A stretch of 64,000 bases of DNA from an uncultured Gammaproteobacteria bacterium. Its GTDB lineage: Bacteria; Patescibacteriota; Microgenomatia; UBA8517. The translations under genes and the position numbers were made by a program. Under the pieces are notes generated by a model. It had not been told where the DNA came from and made no database searches. It worked only from the letters and a program-made list of their open reading frames with translations. The stretch lies in assembly GCA_964583685.1 (NCBI GenBank), contig CAZOVJ010000002.1:111333-175332 (forward strand). Reading direction: 5' to 3'. Of the stretch, positions 8,686 through 18,264 are shown one piece after another (the stretch's first letter is position 1; each line of letters begins with the position of its first letter).

Positions 8686-9969
8686 CTATCTTAAAAATTT
8701 TTCATATTTTCGCATAACCAGTTTTCCTTCAATATCCCGAGTGACCTCAAGAACAACTGAGACAACAATTAATATTCCTGTTCCTCCTATGACCAAGTTG
8801 GGAACAGCAACCAGTCTTTGGCAAAAAGAAGGCAGCACAGCAATAAACCCTAAAAAAAGTGCGCCCACTAATGTAATCCTTGAAAGAACAGATGATAGAT
8901 ATTTAGAAGTTTGATTTCCCGGTCTTATTCCCGGAATAAAACCGCCACTTTTCTGTAAATTCTCGGCAATTTTTTCCGGATTGAAAACCACTGCCGTATA
9001 AAAATAAGTAAAGGCAACAACCAGAGCAAAATAAACAAAACTATAAACCATTGATTGGGGATTAAACATCTGAACCAGCTTTGTCGCTATCTGAACAACC
9101 AGTGGATTATTTATTCGTGTCAAAAACTGTCCCAAAAGAGAAGGCAGCAAAACCAAAGAAACGGCAAAAATAATGGGAATGACCCCTGCCTGATTAAGTC
9201 TCAGGGGAATATAATTAGAGCCTCCGAGAACTCTCCCCCTGCCCCGCCTGGCATAGTTTATGGGAATTTGTCTCGTCGCCTCATTCATAAAAACTATTAA
9301 AGCGATAGTTGTTATTGCCAAAAGCAGAAATACAATTGTATTTAAAATATTGCTTGAGGGAACTGTTGCCGCCGATTTTCCAAGGCTTAGTGGTAATCTG
9401 GCCACTATTCCGGCAAAAATTAACAAAGAAACTCCGTTTCCGATACCATATTCAGTTATTAACTCGCCCAACCAAACGGCAAACATTGTTCCCGCAACCA
9501 TGGTTACGACCAGAGCAACGATTGGCAAAGCACTTATCTCCATAATCACTCCCTGGCCCTTGAACAACGAATACATACCAAAGGCTTGCATGGCGGCTAA
9601 GGGAACTGTTAAAAATCTGGTATATTGATTAATCTTTTCCTGACCATACTCTCCTTCTTTTGACAACTCCTCCAAGGAGGGTATAACAAAGGTCAAAAGT
9701 TGTAAGATAATCGAAGCATTGATATAGGGACTTAAGCCCAGAGCCATAATTGAAAAATTGGCCAATGTTCCGCCGGAGAAGACATCTAATAGAGAAAGGA
9801 AGGGGCTGCCTGAAAATAGGGCCTGAAGAGAAGCCCTATCAATACCGGCTGCAGGAATATGGGCAACCAAACGAAAAACAACCAAGATGATTGCGGTTAT
9901 AATTAATCTTTTTCTAATTTTCGGAGACTTGAAGATTTGTAGGAAAAAACGGACAATTGAAGAAATCAT
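8686..9969 (-). CDS. secY: Preprotein translocase subunit SecY
   Basis: 427-aa polytopic membrane protein located between rplO and adk. Confidence 0.9.
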   Translation of the reverse strand: MISSIVRFFLQIFKSPKIRKRLIITAIILVVFRLVAHIPAAGIDRASLQALFSGSPFLSLLDVFSGGTLANFSIMALGLSPYINASIILQLLTFVIPSLEELSKEGEYGQEKINQYTRFLTVPLAAMQAFGMYSLFKGQGVIMEISALPIVALVVTMVAGTMFAVWLGELITEYGIGNGVSLLIFAGIVARLPLSLGKSAATVPSSNILNTIVFLLLAITTIALIVFMNEATRQIPINYARRGRGRVLGGSNYIPLRLNQAGVIPIIFAVSLVLLPSLLGQFLTRINNPLVVQIATKLVQMFNPQSMVYSFVYFALVVAFTYFYTAVVFNPEKIAENLQKSGGFIPGIRPGNQTSKYLSSVLSRITLVGALFLGFIAVLPSFCQRLVAVPNLVIGGTGILIVVSVVLEVTRDIEGKLVMRKYEKFLR

Positions 9970-10407
9970 TTATATTATTTTACCCCCTATTTTTTTAACT
10001 TGACGAGCAGCTGATTTTGATATCGGCAAAGTAATTGTTAATTTCTTTTGAATTTTACCACCAGCCAAAATTTTTACTCCAACTTTTTGGCCATCCTTTA
10101 GATTGATAATTCCTGCCTCAGCTAGACTCTTCAGGCTGACCTTGGAACCTGAAGCTAATAAATTCAAAACCTCCAATTTAACAATCATTGGTTTCTTGGC
10201 TGATTTTAACTTTCCCTTTCCGCGCTGGAGAGGAAGACGCCGAAGAAGGGATTTCTTAACCTTGACACCCTCAAACAAAATTCCGATTTTACTCCTTGCC
10301 TTTTGACCCTTTTGACCACGACCAACTGTATGGCCGCCCTTCCCGCTTCCATAGCCTCGGCCAACTCTCTTTTTTCTTTTCTGGATCACTTTGGTTAAAT
10401 CAGTCAT
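9970..10407 (-). CDS. rplO: 50S ribosomal protein L15
   Basis: The KRVGRGYGSGKGGHTVGRGQKGQKARS motif. Confidence 0.9.
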   Translation of the reverse strand: MTDLTKVIQKRKKRVGRGYGSGKGGHTVGRGQKGQKARSKIGILFEGVKVKKSLLRRLPLQRGKGKLKSAKKPMIVKLEVLNLLASGSKVSLKSLAEAGIINLKDGQKVGVKILAGGKIQKKLTITLPISKSAARQVKKIGGKII

Positions 10408-10880
10408 TTTTCCCTTCTCCTACCCATAAAACTCTGTTCCATGGACCCAATCCTTTTCAAGGCATTCACTGTCGCATAAACATTGGAGATTTTATTTCTC
10501 GTTCCAAGAATTTTACCAACTACATCTTTAATACCGGCTGCCTCTAAAACAAGCTTCATCGGACCGCCGGCGATAACCCCACTGCCTGGAGGAGCAGGTT
10601 TTAAAAGAATATGGGCGGCACTAAATTTTTCTCTTACTCCGTAAGGAATCGTTGTTCCCTTTAAGGGAACTTTAATCATCCTCTTTTTGGCATAAGATAA
10701 AGCTTTCTGAATCGCATCCCTTACTCCTCGAGCTTTGGAAAGCCCGACTCCGACTCTTCCCTTTCTGTCACCAACAATTACCAAGGCGGAAAATCTTATT
10801 TGATTTCCACCTTTTGTCTTCTTGGAAATTCTGTTTATTTGAACTACAGTTTCCTCTAACTCTTTAATAACCTCGGGCAT
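10404..10880 (-). CDS. rpsE: 30S ribosomal protein S5
   Basis: The dsRBD and C-terminal S5 motifs (FSALVIVGDRKGRVGVGLSKARGVRDAIQKA). It abuts rplO directly, with no rpmD (L30) between them. Confidence 0.9.
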   Translation of the reverse strand: MPEVIKELEETVVQINRISKKTKGGNQIRFSALVIVGDRKGRVGVGLSKARGVRDAIQKALSYAKKRMIKVPLKGTTIPYGVREKFSAAHILLKPAPPGSGVIAGGPMKLVLEAAGIKDVVGKILGTRNKISNVYATVNALKRIGSMEQSFMGRRREK

Positions 10881-11212
10881 TAAAAATCAAGTCCTTTCTC
10901 TTTTGCCGCCTCTGCCAAGGCCTTTACTCTTCCATGATATTTATAACCTCCTCTATCGAAAACAATCTTCTTAATTCCCTTCTTTAAGGCTAATTCTGCT
11001 AGTTTTTCTCCGATCATTTTGGCCCTTTGGGTTTTCGTTCCTTGATTTGTTTGCAAATCCTTATCCGAACAGGCAAGCAAGGTACAGCCCGATTGGTCGT
11101 CGATTATCTGGACAAAAATATGTTTCCTCGACCTAAAAACTGAAAGCCTGGGTCTTTTTTTTGTTCCGACAATCTTTGCTCTTATCCTTCTTCTCCTTTT
11201 TTCTCTTGTCAT
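10880..11212 (-). CDS. rplR: 50S ribosomal protein L18
   Basis: L18 family. The ORF-track start at 11275 overlaps the rplF stop, so the likely true start is the Met at 11212 ([17 protein letters not shown]...). Confidence 0.8.
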   Translation of the reverse strand: MTREKRRRRIRAKIVGTKKRPRLSVFRSRKHIFVQIIDDQSGCTLLACSDKDLQTNQGTKTQRAKMIGEKLAELALKKGIKKIVFDRGGYKYHGRVKALAEAAKEKGLDF

Positions 11213-11213
11213 C

Positions 11214-11768
11214 TTACTCTCCTGGCTCCTGAATCTTGGCAACAGCCTTGCCGGGCTTAAGTCGAATTTCCTCACCCTGATATCTGATTCCCTTCCCTTT
11301 ATAAGAGTCAGGTTTTCTCACTGCTTTTATCCTTGCTGCCACCTGACCAACCAGTTCACGGTCTATACCTTCAACCGAGATTATTGATTTACTTACAGTA
11401 AATTTGATTCCCTCTGGAGCCTCAACGATAACCGGATGAGAATAACCAATCATAAAAACCAACTGATTACCTTTAACTTCAACCCGGTAACCGGCACCCA
11501 CTATCTCCAAATTCTTTGACCATCCTTTGTTTACTCCTTTGATCATATTTAGGAGATGAGCCCTTAAAGTACCCTGTAAGGCATTGGCTGATTTACTTTC
11601 TCCTTTCTTCTCGACAACTAAGGTATTTTTCTTTATCCTAATTCGTAGTTCTTTGGGAAAATCTCTTTCAAGGGTTCCCATTGGCCCAATTATCTTGACC
11701 TTATTGGCCTCAATTTCAGCCTTTACTTCTTGAGGCAATTCAACTGGTAATTTGCCTAGTCTTGCCAT
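11214..11768 (-). CDS. rplF: 50S ribosomal protein L6
   Basis: [37 protein letters not shown] matches the L6 N-terminus. Confidence 0.9.
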   Translation of the reverse strand: MARLGKLPVELPQEVKAEIEANKVKIIGPMGTLERDFPKELRIRIKKNTLVVEKKGESKSANALQGTLRAHLLNMIKGVNKGWSKNLEIVGAGYRVEVKGNQLVFMIGYSHPVIVEAPEGIKFTVSKSIISVEGIDRELVGQVAARIKAVRKPDSYKGKGIRYQGEEIRLKPGKAVAKIQEPGE

Positions 11769-11769
11769 T

Positions 11770-12147
11770 TTACTTTAACTCCGCTATAAGTTCTCCACCT
11801 ACTCGTAATTTAAGTGCCTCCCGGGAAGAGACTACTCCCTTACAGGTTGATAATATAAAAACCGACATGCCTTTTTTCTGGGCTAGCTCATCGGCCCTGA
11901 TATAGATTCTCAAACCAGGTCGGGAAATCAATTTCAGACCAAAAATTACCGGCTTTTTCTTTTTATAAGCCAGCTTGATAAGCAAATTACCCTTCTTCTC
12001 AAGGCAAGATTCTAAAAACCCCTCTTTTTTTAAAACCTGAGCCACTGCTTTAATCATCTTTGTTTTTGGCAATTCAAATTCTCGCTTGCCAGCCAAAGTA
12101 GCATTTTTAATTCTAATAAGAAAATCTCCAACCGGATAATTAACCAT
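11770..12147 (-). CDS. rpsH: 30S ribosomal protein S8
   Basis: The S8 core begins MVNYPVGDFLIRIKNA. The upstream part of the ORF-track call overlaps rpsZ. Confidence 0.85.
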   Translation of the reverse strand: MVNYPVGDFLIRIKNATLAGKREFELPKTKMIKAVAQVLKKEGFLESCLEKKGNLLIKLAYKKKKPVIFGLKLISRPGLRIYIRADELAQKKGMSVFILSTCKGVVSSREALKLRVGGELIAELK

Positions 12148-12149
12148 AT

Positions 12150-12335
12150 CTACCAACTCGCTTTCTTGACCCCGGGGATTTCTCCCCGTTGGGCATGTTC
12201 TCGAAAACATAAACGACATAAACCAAAACGCCTCATATAGCCTCTAGCCCTGCCACAAATACGACAGCGATTGGTATAACGAGTCTTAAATCTGAGTTTT
12301 TTCTTTTCCCTGGCGATTTTAGAGAGTTTTGCCAT
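12150..12335 (-). CDS. rpsZ: 30S ribosomal protein S14 type Z (zinc-binding)
   Basis: 61 aa from [17 protein letters not shown]..., with C-x2-C...C-x2-C ([23 protein letters not shown]). Confidence 0.85.
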   Translation of the reverse strand: MAKLSKIAREKKKLRFKTRYTNRCRICGRARGYMRRFGLCRLCFREHAQRGEIPGVKKASW

Positions 12336-12891
12336 GTTCCTCCTTTTCAAATGGCATTCCCAAAAGCTCAAACAACCTTTTTGCTTCCTGAGAATCCCTG
12401 GTATTTGTTACTATACTTATTTCCAAACCCCTAGGTTTTTCTAAGCTCCCCAAATCAACCTCTGGAAAGACACTGTACTCCCTAATCCCTAGAGTATAAT
12501 TTCCCTGTTTATCAAAACCTTTTAAAGAAAGACCCCTAAAATCTCTTAAACGGGGCAGGGTAATGGAAATAAGTCTATCTAGAAAAGCATACATTTTGTC
12601 TCTTCTCAAAGTGACCTTAAGACCAACCGGGTTGCCGGCTCTGATATTAAATCCAGCCACCGATACTCTAGCTGGCCGCACTGTTGGCTTCTGCCCGCTT
12701 ATCAAACTAATATCCGAAATCAATCTCTCAAATAATTCTTTATTTTTGGCTGCATCCTGTATTCCCATATTTAAGACAATCTTGGTAATTCTTGGGATGG
12801 CCAAAGAATTTTTAATATCTAACTCACGTTTTAAAGTTGGCACCACTTCCTGATTATATTTTTTCTTTAAAGGCAATCTTTTTTTTATCAT
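12319..12891 (-). CDS. rplE: 50S ribosomal protein L5
   Basis: L5 family, between rpsZ and rplX. Confidence 0.85.
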   Translation of the reverse strand: MIKKRLPLKKKYNQEVVPTLKRELDIKNSLAIPRITKIVLNMGIQDAAKNKELFERLISDISLISGQKPTVRPARVSVAGFNIRAGNPVGLKVTLRRDKMYAFLDRLISITLPRLRDFRGLSLKGFDKQGNYTLGIREYSVFPEVDLGSLEKPRGLEISIVTNTRDSQEAKRLFELLGMPFEKEEHGKTL

Positions 12892-13211
12892 TGTTTTTTA
12901 TCTATTTCTTTTTTACATTTCTTACAAATACGCACCTTCTTCTTTTTATCCATCTTGAAGCCAATCCTGGTTGGCTTCTTGCAATGAGGACAAATAAGAG
13001 CAACCTTGGCAAAAACCAATGGTTTTGGAATCTCATAAACTCCACCCTTCTTGTCAGCCGAAGCGGCCGCCTTGACATGTTTTTTGACAATATTGATACC
13101 CTGTATTAAAAGACTACCTTCTTTGGGAAAGATTTTCTCAATTTTTCCTTTCCGATTTTTATCTTTACCGCTTGTAATCTTAACTGTATCTCCAACTTTA
13201 TATTTCAACAT
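12888..13211 (-). CDS. rplX: 50S ribosomal protein L24 with a C-terminal Cys4 zinc-ribbon-like tail
   Basis: KOW domain (MLKYKVGDTVKITSGKDKNRKGKI) followed by CPHCKKPTRIGFKMDKKKKVRICKKCKK. Confidence 0.85.
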   Translation of the reverse strand: MLKYKVGDTVKITSGKDKNRKGKIEKIFPKEGSLLIQGINIVKKHVKAAASADKKGGVYEIPKPLVFAKVALICPHCKKPTRIGFKMDKKKKVRICKKCKKEIDKKQ

Positions 13212-13231
13212 ATCTCTTCTGGCCTCTAATT

Positions 13232-13597
13232 CTAGACTACCTCTCTGGCAAGAGAGGCAATCTTTGTATAGCCCGCCTCTCTTACCTCCTTGGCAATCGG
13301 GCCTAAAATTCTGGTTCCTCGGGGAAGCCCATTTTTATCAATAATCACAGCTGCATTATCATCAAAACGAACATAGCTTCCATCTTTTCTTCCAATTTCT
13401 TTTTTTGTTCTAACAATTAGCGCCTTGACTTTCTCTTTATTGACAACAGCCCCGGCTGGGCTAGCTCCCCGTACAACACAGGTAACCACATCTCCAACAC
13501 TGGCTGTTTTGCCTATCCTTGTAGAGACGCCAATTACAGCTAATGCTTTTGCTCCCGAATTATCAGCTGGTTTTAAAATACTCCTCAGTTGAACCAT
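13232..13597 (-). CDS. rplN: 50S ribosomal protein L14
   Basis: MVQLRSILKPADNSGAKALAVIGV matches the L14 N-terminus. Confidence 0.9.
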   Translation of the reverse strand: MVQLRSILKPADNSGAKALAVIGVSTRIGKTASVGDVVTCVVRGASPAGAVVNKEKVKALIVRTKKEIGRKDGSYVRFDDNAAVIIDKNGLPRGTRILGPIAKEVREAGYTKIASLAREVV

Positions 13598-13855
13598 TTA
13601 TTTCTTCTTTCTTATCACTTTTTTCTTACCATCTATTGCCTTAATAATCTTCCACTTCTTCAATTTGCTATATGGCCGACTGGCAACAAATTTAACTCTA
13701 TCTCCCACCTTCACCCCAATCTCATCATGAACATGATATTTTTTAATCCTTTTTAATTTCTTCTTATAAATCGGATGAGTGACAATTCTTTCGACGGCAA
13801 CTACTGCCGTCTTTTCTGTTTTTGCTGAAATAACCTGTCCGCTAAAAATCTTCAT
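13598..13855 (-). CDS. rpsQ: 30S ribosomal protein S17
   Basis: 85 aa with an OB fold, in the conserved S17 position. Confidence 0.85.
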   Translation of the reverse strand: MKIFSGQVISAKTEKTAVVAVERIVTHPIYKKKLKRIKKYHVHDEIGVKVGDRVKFVASRPYSKLKKWKIIKAIDGKKKVIRKKK

Positions 13856-14070
13856 AAGTTTGTTTTCTGTTCCAATAGTTCTTTCTCTCGGATAAGAGTT
13901 AACAACTGGGCAATGTCTCGTCTTAAGTTTTTGGTTGATTTAAGATTCTTTTCACGACCAACAGCAATTTTAGCAACAAGCTCTACTTGCTCCTTTTTCA
14001 TTGCCAAAACTTTTTTCTTAAGTTCTTCTATTCCCTTTTCTCTCAATTTTTGCAGACTTTTCCTTTTCAT
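13852..14070 (-). CDS. rpmC: 50S ribosomal protein L29
   Basis: 72-aa helical protein between rplP and rpsQ. Confidence 0.8.
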   Translation of the reverse strand: MKRKSLQKLREKGIEELKKKVLAMKKEQVELVAKIAVGREKNLKSTKNLRRDIAQLLTLIREKELLEQKTNL

Positions 14071-14483
14071 CGCTTCTCCTCTCGACTGACCACCTTAGCT
14101 TTGAAAGAAAGTTTGGCCGCCGCCCTTTTAAGAGCTGTTGTTGCTACCTCCTGTGACACACCGGCAACCTCCAAGATAATTCTCCCAGGGGTAACCACGG
14201 CAACATAATGATCGACATCTCCTTTGCCTCCGCCCATTCTTTGACCGGCTGAACGCTTACTAACCGGCTTATGGGGAAAAATCCTAAGCCAAACACGACC
14301 CTTTCTTTTTAAGGAATTGGTAGTCGCCCTCCTGGCCGCCTCAATCTGACGGGCTGATAGCCAACCACTGTCAAGAATCTTCAGGCCATATTCACCAAAA
14401 GCTAGATTTGTGCCTCGAGTAGATATCCTTTTAACCTTTCCCCGAAAATCTTTTCTATATTTTCTCTTTTTTGGTTCTAACAT
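14067..14483 (-). CDS. rplP: 50S ribosomal protein L16
   Basis: MLEPKKRKYRKDFRGKVKRISTRG matches the L16 N-terminus. Confidence 0.9.
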   Translation of the reverse strand: MLEPKKRKYRKDFRGKVKRISTRGTNLAFGEYGLKILDSGWLSARQIEAARRATTNSLKRKGRVWLRIFPHKPVSKRSAGQRMGGGKGDVDHYVAVVTPGRIILEVAGVSQEVATTALKRAAAKLSFKAKVVSREEKR

Positions 14484-14487
14484 AAAC

Positions 14488-15138
14488 TTACTCCGGTTTT
14501 TTGTAAATCCAAACCTTCACGCCCACATAACCGCGCTTCAAAAGGGCTGGAAAACAAGCATAGTCAATCTCTTCTCTCAGTGTCTGGGTGGGAACTGCTC
14601 CTATATGGTATTTTTCAGTTCTGGCTATCTCCGCTCCTCCAATTCTTCCGGCTAAAACTAGCTTGACACCCCCAGCTCCTGCCTGCATTACCCTTTCCAT
14701 TGCTCGACCAACTACTCTTCTGTGGGGAATTCTGCGCTCAAGCTCATTGGCAATTCTTGTTGCCACTAAATAAGCAGAGAGTTCTGGATTTTTTATTTCC
14801 TGGACTGGAATATCAATCTTTAAGTCTCCGGGGATTTCCCCCCTGGTCTTCTTGATAAGCTCTAAAATATATTTTTTAATATCCTCTATCCCGGTCCCCC
14901 CACGCCCAATCACTACTCCTGGCCTTGACACATATAGGTTTATAATCATGCTTTTGGGAAGCCTTGTAATCTGAACATCAACTATCCCCGCAAGCTTAAG
15001 TCGTTCCATTAGAGCCTTTCTTATCTTTATATCTTCAATCAAAAAATCTTTATAGTTAGACCCTTCTGCATACCAAGAGGATTTCCAAGGTAAAAATCTA
15101 CCTACTCTAAACCCTATTGGATTGACTTTTTGTCCCAT
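14488..15138 (-). CDS. rpsC: 30S ribosomal protein S3
   Basis: The S3 core begins MGQKVNPIGFRVG. The ORF-track upstream extension overlaps rplV. Confidence 0.85.
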   Translation of the reverse strand: MGQKVNPIGFRVGRFLPWKSSWYAEGSNYKDFLIEDIKIRKALMERLKLAGIVDVQITRLPKSMIINLYVSRPGVVIGRGGTGIEDIKKYILELIKKTRGEIPGDLKIDIPVQEIKNPELSAYLVATRIANELERRIPHRRVVGRAMERVMQAGAGGVKLVLAGRIGGAEIARTEKYHIGAVPTQTLREEIDYACFPALLKRGYVGVKVWIYKKPE

Positions 15139-15139
15139 A

Positions 15140-15535
15140 TTATTTTTTAGATTTCTTATTTTGACCTTTTGAATCTGTTTGCAATTTGCCACTTGATGCT
15201 TGGGGTTCTGCTGTCAAAACAACGCGAATATGGCTCATTCGCTTCTGGTATGGGTGCCACCTTCCCTTGGCAACCCATCTGCCTCTTTTCAATCTCGGAC
15301 CATCTCCTATTTGAATTTCTTTAAAAACCAAGCCCTTATCTTTAAGCCCTTTTGCCTTGGCATTGGCTAAAGCAGTTTTTATAACCTTTGCCAGGGGTTC
15401 AGCTGCCCGTTTGCCAATATAAGGTAAAGTTTTCACTGCCTGAGTAGGGGATAGGTCTTTAACCATATTGGCTATCGGCCTAATCTTTCTAGGCGATATT
15501 CGAATAAATCTCTGTGTTGCAATAACATCCATCAC
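15140..15535 (-). CDS. rplV: 50S ribosomal protein L22
   Basis: L22 family; operon position between S19 and S3. Confidence 0.85.
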   Translation of the reverse strand: MMDVIATQRFIRISPRKIRPIANMVKDLSPTQAVKTLPYIGKRAAEPLAKVIKTALANAKAKGLKDKGLVFKEIQIGDGPRLKRGRWVAKGRWHPYQKRMSHIRVVLTAEPQASSGKLQTDSKGQNKKSKK

Positions 15536-15537
15536 TG

Positions 15538-15819
15538 TTAAGTCTTTTCAATTATTCGCTTGACAACCTGACCATGGCCTCTAAAAGTTCTGGTTGGGAC
15601 AAACTCTCCCAGTCTGTGGCCAACCATTTCTTCGCTGACAAAAACCTCAATAAACGTCCTCCCGTTGTGAACCTGAAAGTATTTACCGACAAACTCAGGT
15701 GGAATCTGAGAATTTCTTGCCCAAGTTTTAATAGGATCCTTCTTATCTCCCATACCAGCCTTTACCTTTTTAAAAAGGCGCTTATCAATATATGGCCCTT
15801 TTTTACTACTTCTACCCAT
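15538..15819 (-). CDS. rpsS: 30S ribosomal protein S19
   Basis: [19 protein letters not shown]...[17 protein letters not shown]. Confidence 0.9.
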   Translation of the reverse strand: MGRSSKKGPYIDKRLFKKVKAGMGDKKDPIKTWARNSQIPPEFVGKYFQVHNGRTFIEVFVSEEMVGHRLGEFVPTRTFRGHGQVVKRIIEKT

Positions 15820-16561
15820 GTTTACCCGGTTTTCTTCTTTGAATAATTAAGTTGACTGAATACTTTTTCTTTTTTCTGGTTCTTCCTACCGCTGGCTTAC
15901 CATAAACAGTCATCGGGTGTTTCCTACCAACACCGCTCCTGCCTTCACCGCCACCATGAGGATGTGCTCCTGGATGCTGGGCTGTGCCCCGAACCGTCGG
16001 TCGTATTCCCTTTCTTCGCTTTCGGCCTGCCTTGCCAAGTTTCTCCGTCTTGGCTTCGATTCGTCCAACTTGTCCCAGTGTTGCATAGACTCCAGGCTTA
16101 AATCTTCTTACCTCGCTAGAGGGCATCTTTACGAGAACCCATTTTTCCTCTCTGCCTTGGACAATTGCCACTGCCCCAGCACTTCTCACCAGCTGTCCTC
16201 CCTTGCCCAATTTTATTTCCAAATTATGAATCTGGGTCCCTATTGGAATCCTTGACAAAGGTAAGGCATTACCTATTTCCAAAGGAGCAGTTTCAGCGGC
16301 AATAATTTTTTGGCCAAGTTTCAAACCCCGGGGGGCTAAAATATAACGCCTTTCACCGTCTTCATAAATTAAAAGGGCAAGCTCTGCATTTCTGTTAGGA
16401 TCATACCCAATAGCTTCAACTCTAGCCCAAACATCCCTTTTATCTCTTTTAAAATCAACATTCCGCAAGAGTCTTTTCTCTCGCCCTCCCTGATGACGAA
16501 CACTGATTTTCCCCTTCGATCTACCCGATTTTTTAGGCAAAATTTTCTTTAAGCTTCTCAT
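15812..16561 (-). CDS. rplB: 50S ribosomal protein L2
   Basis: The C-terminal L2 motif ...[34 protein letters not shown]. Confidence 0.9.
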   Translation of the reverse strand: MRSLKKILPKKSGRSKGKISVRHQGGREKRLLRNVDFKRDKRDVWARVEAIGYDPNRNAELALLIYEDGERRYILAPRGLKLGQKIIAAETAPLEIGNALPLSRIPIGTQIHNLEIKLGKGGQLVRSAGAVAIVQGREEKWVLVKMPSSEVRRFKPGVYATLGQVGRIEAKTEKLGKAGRKRRKGIRPTVRGTAQHPGAHPHGGGEGRSGVGRKHPMTVYGKPAVGRTRKKKKYSVNLIIQRRKPGKHG

Positions 16562-16833
16562 TTTTGCTCCTTAAACAAATCTATTTCCTGTTTTCCCTTT
16601 AAACTCACGATTGCTTTCTTCCTTGATTTAATCACCTGCTTTCTGCCTCTAGAGTCTTTCTTTACTCTTTTTGAATAATTCATTGTCCGTACACGAGCAA
16701 CTTCGACCGCAAAAATTTTTTCAACCAACACCTTAATCTGCTGCTTATTCATGCCTTTCTCGACCCAAAAGGTATAGTTGCCATTTTCGGCCTCTTGCAA
16801 ACTCCTCTCTGTTAAAACTGGTTTTAATTTCAT
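16558..16833 (-). CDS. rplW: 50S ribosomal protein L23
   Basis: 91 aa, in the conserved L4-L23-L2 order. Confidence 0.85.
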   Translation of the reverse strand: MKLKPVLTERSLQEAENGNYTFWVEKGMNKQQIKVLVEKIFAVEVARVRTMNYSKRVKKDSRGRKQVIKSRKKAIVSLKGKQEIDLFKEQK

Positions 16834-17462
16834 TTCTTCTCGCTTCTCGCTTCTCGCTTCTCGCTTAAAACCTCTTTATCTAAAATTATCATTCCAGCAA
16901 AAAATACTTGATAAGCATTCAGGTCTTTAAAGGCTATCACTTGAGTGTTCCGGATATTTCTAATGACCCGGGTGATAGATAGATTCTTATCGCTAAGCAC
17001 AAAAGTAAGCTTCTTTAGTTCCTTGTCTTTAATTTTATCAATTAAAGTCTGGGTCTCCTTGGTTTTCTTCAGGTTGGACAAGCCGCTAATAACAACAATT
17101 TCTTTCGCCCTTGCCTTTAAAGAAAGGGCAATATTTAAAGCTCTCTTCTTCATTTTTTGAGAAAGGGTTAACCGTCTTCTAACACCCTTTGGCCCATGAG
17201 CAACGCCGCCACCAACAAAAATCGGTGCTGAGCGAGGTCCGTGTCTTGCTCGGCCCGTACCTTTCTGTCGGTACCACTTTCTAGTTGTCAGGCTAATTTC
17301 TCCTCGGGTTCTGACCTTAGACAAACCTTGATGCTCTTTTGCTCTATAGACATGAATTGCTTGGCTAAGAAGTTTTAAATTGCCCTTCTCTTCAAAAATC
17401 TTAGGCAAAACAGTGTCTGCCAGCTTTCTTCCTTTTGCCGAATAAGTTCTTGCTTTAATCAT
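16830..17462 (-). CDS. rplD: 50S ribosomal protein L4
   Basis: L4 family. The C-terminal tail is encoded by a 7-nt x4 tandem repeat at 16837..16864. Confidence 0.85.
   Translation of the reverse strand: MIKARTYSAKGRKLADTVLPKIFEEKGNLKLLSQAIHVYRAKEHQGLSKVRTRGEISLTTRKWYRQKGTGRARHGPRSAPIFVGGGVAHGPKGVRRRLTLSQKMKKRALNIALSLKARAKEIVVISGLSNLKKTKETQTLIDKIKDKELKKLTFVLSDKNLSITRVIRNIRNTQVIAFKDLNAYQVFFAGMIILDKEVLSEKREARSEKK
16837..16864. repeat. Perfect 7-nt tandem repeat (TTCTCGC)x4 inside the 3' end of rplD, adjacent to the rplW start
   Basis: Read directly from the sequence: ttctcgc ttctcgc ttctcgc ttctcgc. On the coding strand it is AGCGAGA x4 and encodes the L4 tail ...[11 protein letters not shown]. 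The L4 stop overlaps the L23 ATG (ATGA). Confidence 0.85.
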
Positions 17463-18108
17463 TCTCCTTCTCCTTAACTAATCCCTTTATGAGCAAAAGG
17501 CTTCCAGGAACACCAGGAACAGGTCCAGAAATACTCATCTCATTCTTTTTAGGGTCAATGGAAACTACTTGCAGATTTTCAACCGTCACTCTCTCGGATC
17601 CCATTCGGCCAGCCATTTTCTTCCCCTTATGAACTCGTCCAGGGCTCGTACCTTGACCAATCGAACCGGGAGCTCTGCGTCGATCACTTTGCCCATGGGT
17701 TCTCGGTCCGGCACTAAATCCCCAGCGTTTGATTACTCCGGCAAAACCTTTTCCTTTTGATATCCCGCTTACCCGAACCCTATCTCCCTTTTTAAAAATA
17801 TCAGAAACTTTTATCTCATCTCCAACCTTAAATTTAGGTTTTTGGGAAAGCTTTATTTCCCGTAAATGTCGGACTGCCTTTTTGGCAGCCTTGAGATGCC
17901 CCTGCATCGGTTTGTTTAAATGCCTGATTTTCCTCGCTCCAAAGCCTAGTTGAATTGCCCAATAACCATCTTTTTCCCTGCTTTTGACCTGGGTAACCAA
18001 GCATGGCCCGGCCGAAACCTTGGTTATCGGCACTCGTTTGCCCTCAACAAAAATCTGGCTCATCTTTTGCTTTGTTCCTAATATTGTCCCTAACATAACT
18101 TTGACCAT
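17455..18108 (-). CDS. rplC: 50S ribosomal protein L3
   Basis: L3 family (…GHLKAAKKAVRHL…GDRVRVSGISKGKGFAGVIKRWGFSAGPRTHGQS…). Confidence 0.9.
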   Translation of the reverse strand: MVKVMLGTILGTKQKMSQIFVEGKRVPITKVSAGPCLVTQVKSREKDGYWAIQLGFGARKIRHLNKPMQGHLKAAKKAVRHLREIKLSQKPKFKVGDEIKVSDIFKKGDRVRVSGISKGKGFAGVIKRWGFSAGPRTHGQSDRRRAPGSIGQGTSPGRVHKGKKMAGRMGSERVTVENLQVVSIDPKKNEMSISGPVPGVPGSLLLIKGLVKEKEND

Positions 18109-18194
18109 TAAAAAAAGTGCCCAGAGGCACCTTTTTGGTACTTCCTTGAATAAACTAGTGGTTAAATTTTAAAAACCACCTCCACGATGGCCAA

Positions 18195-18223
18195 ATTATA
18201 CCAAACAAGACCCTACCACGCAA
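18195..18223 (-). promoter_or_regulatory. Putative strong sigma70-like promoter for the rplC-to-rpsI operon (TTGCGT-17-TGgTATAAT)
   Basis: On the reverse strand, the -35 TTGCGT is at 18223..18218 and the -10 TATAAT at 18200..18195, separated by a 17-nt spacer and preceded by a TG extended -10. It lies about 85 nt upstream of the rplC start codon, in the gap created by the toxin-antitoxin insertion. Confidence 0.5.
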
Positions 18224-18226
18224 GAC

Positions 18227-18255
18227 TTGACATCTAGTACTGAATTTGGTACTGT
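18227..18255 (+). promoter_or_regulatory. Putative promoter for the toxin-antitoxin pair (TTGACA-17-TACTGT), divergent from and back-to-back with the rplC promoter
   Basis: A perfect -35 TTGACA at 18227..18232, a 17-nt spacer, then a 4/6 -10 match at 18250..18255. The antitoxin ATG is at 18265. Confidence 0.35.
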
Positions 18256-18264
18256 TATTTTGAG

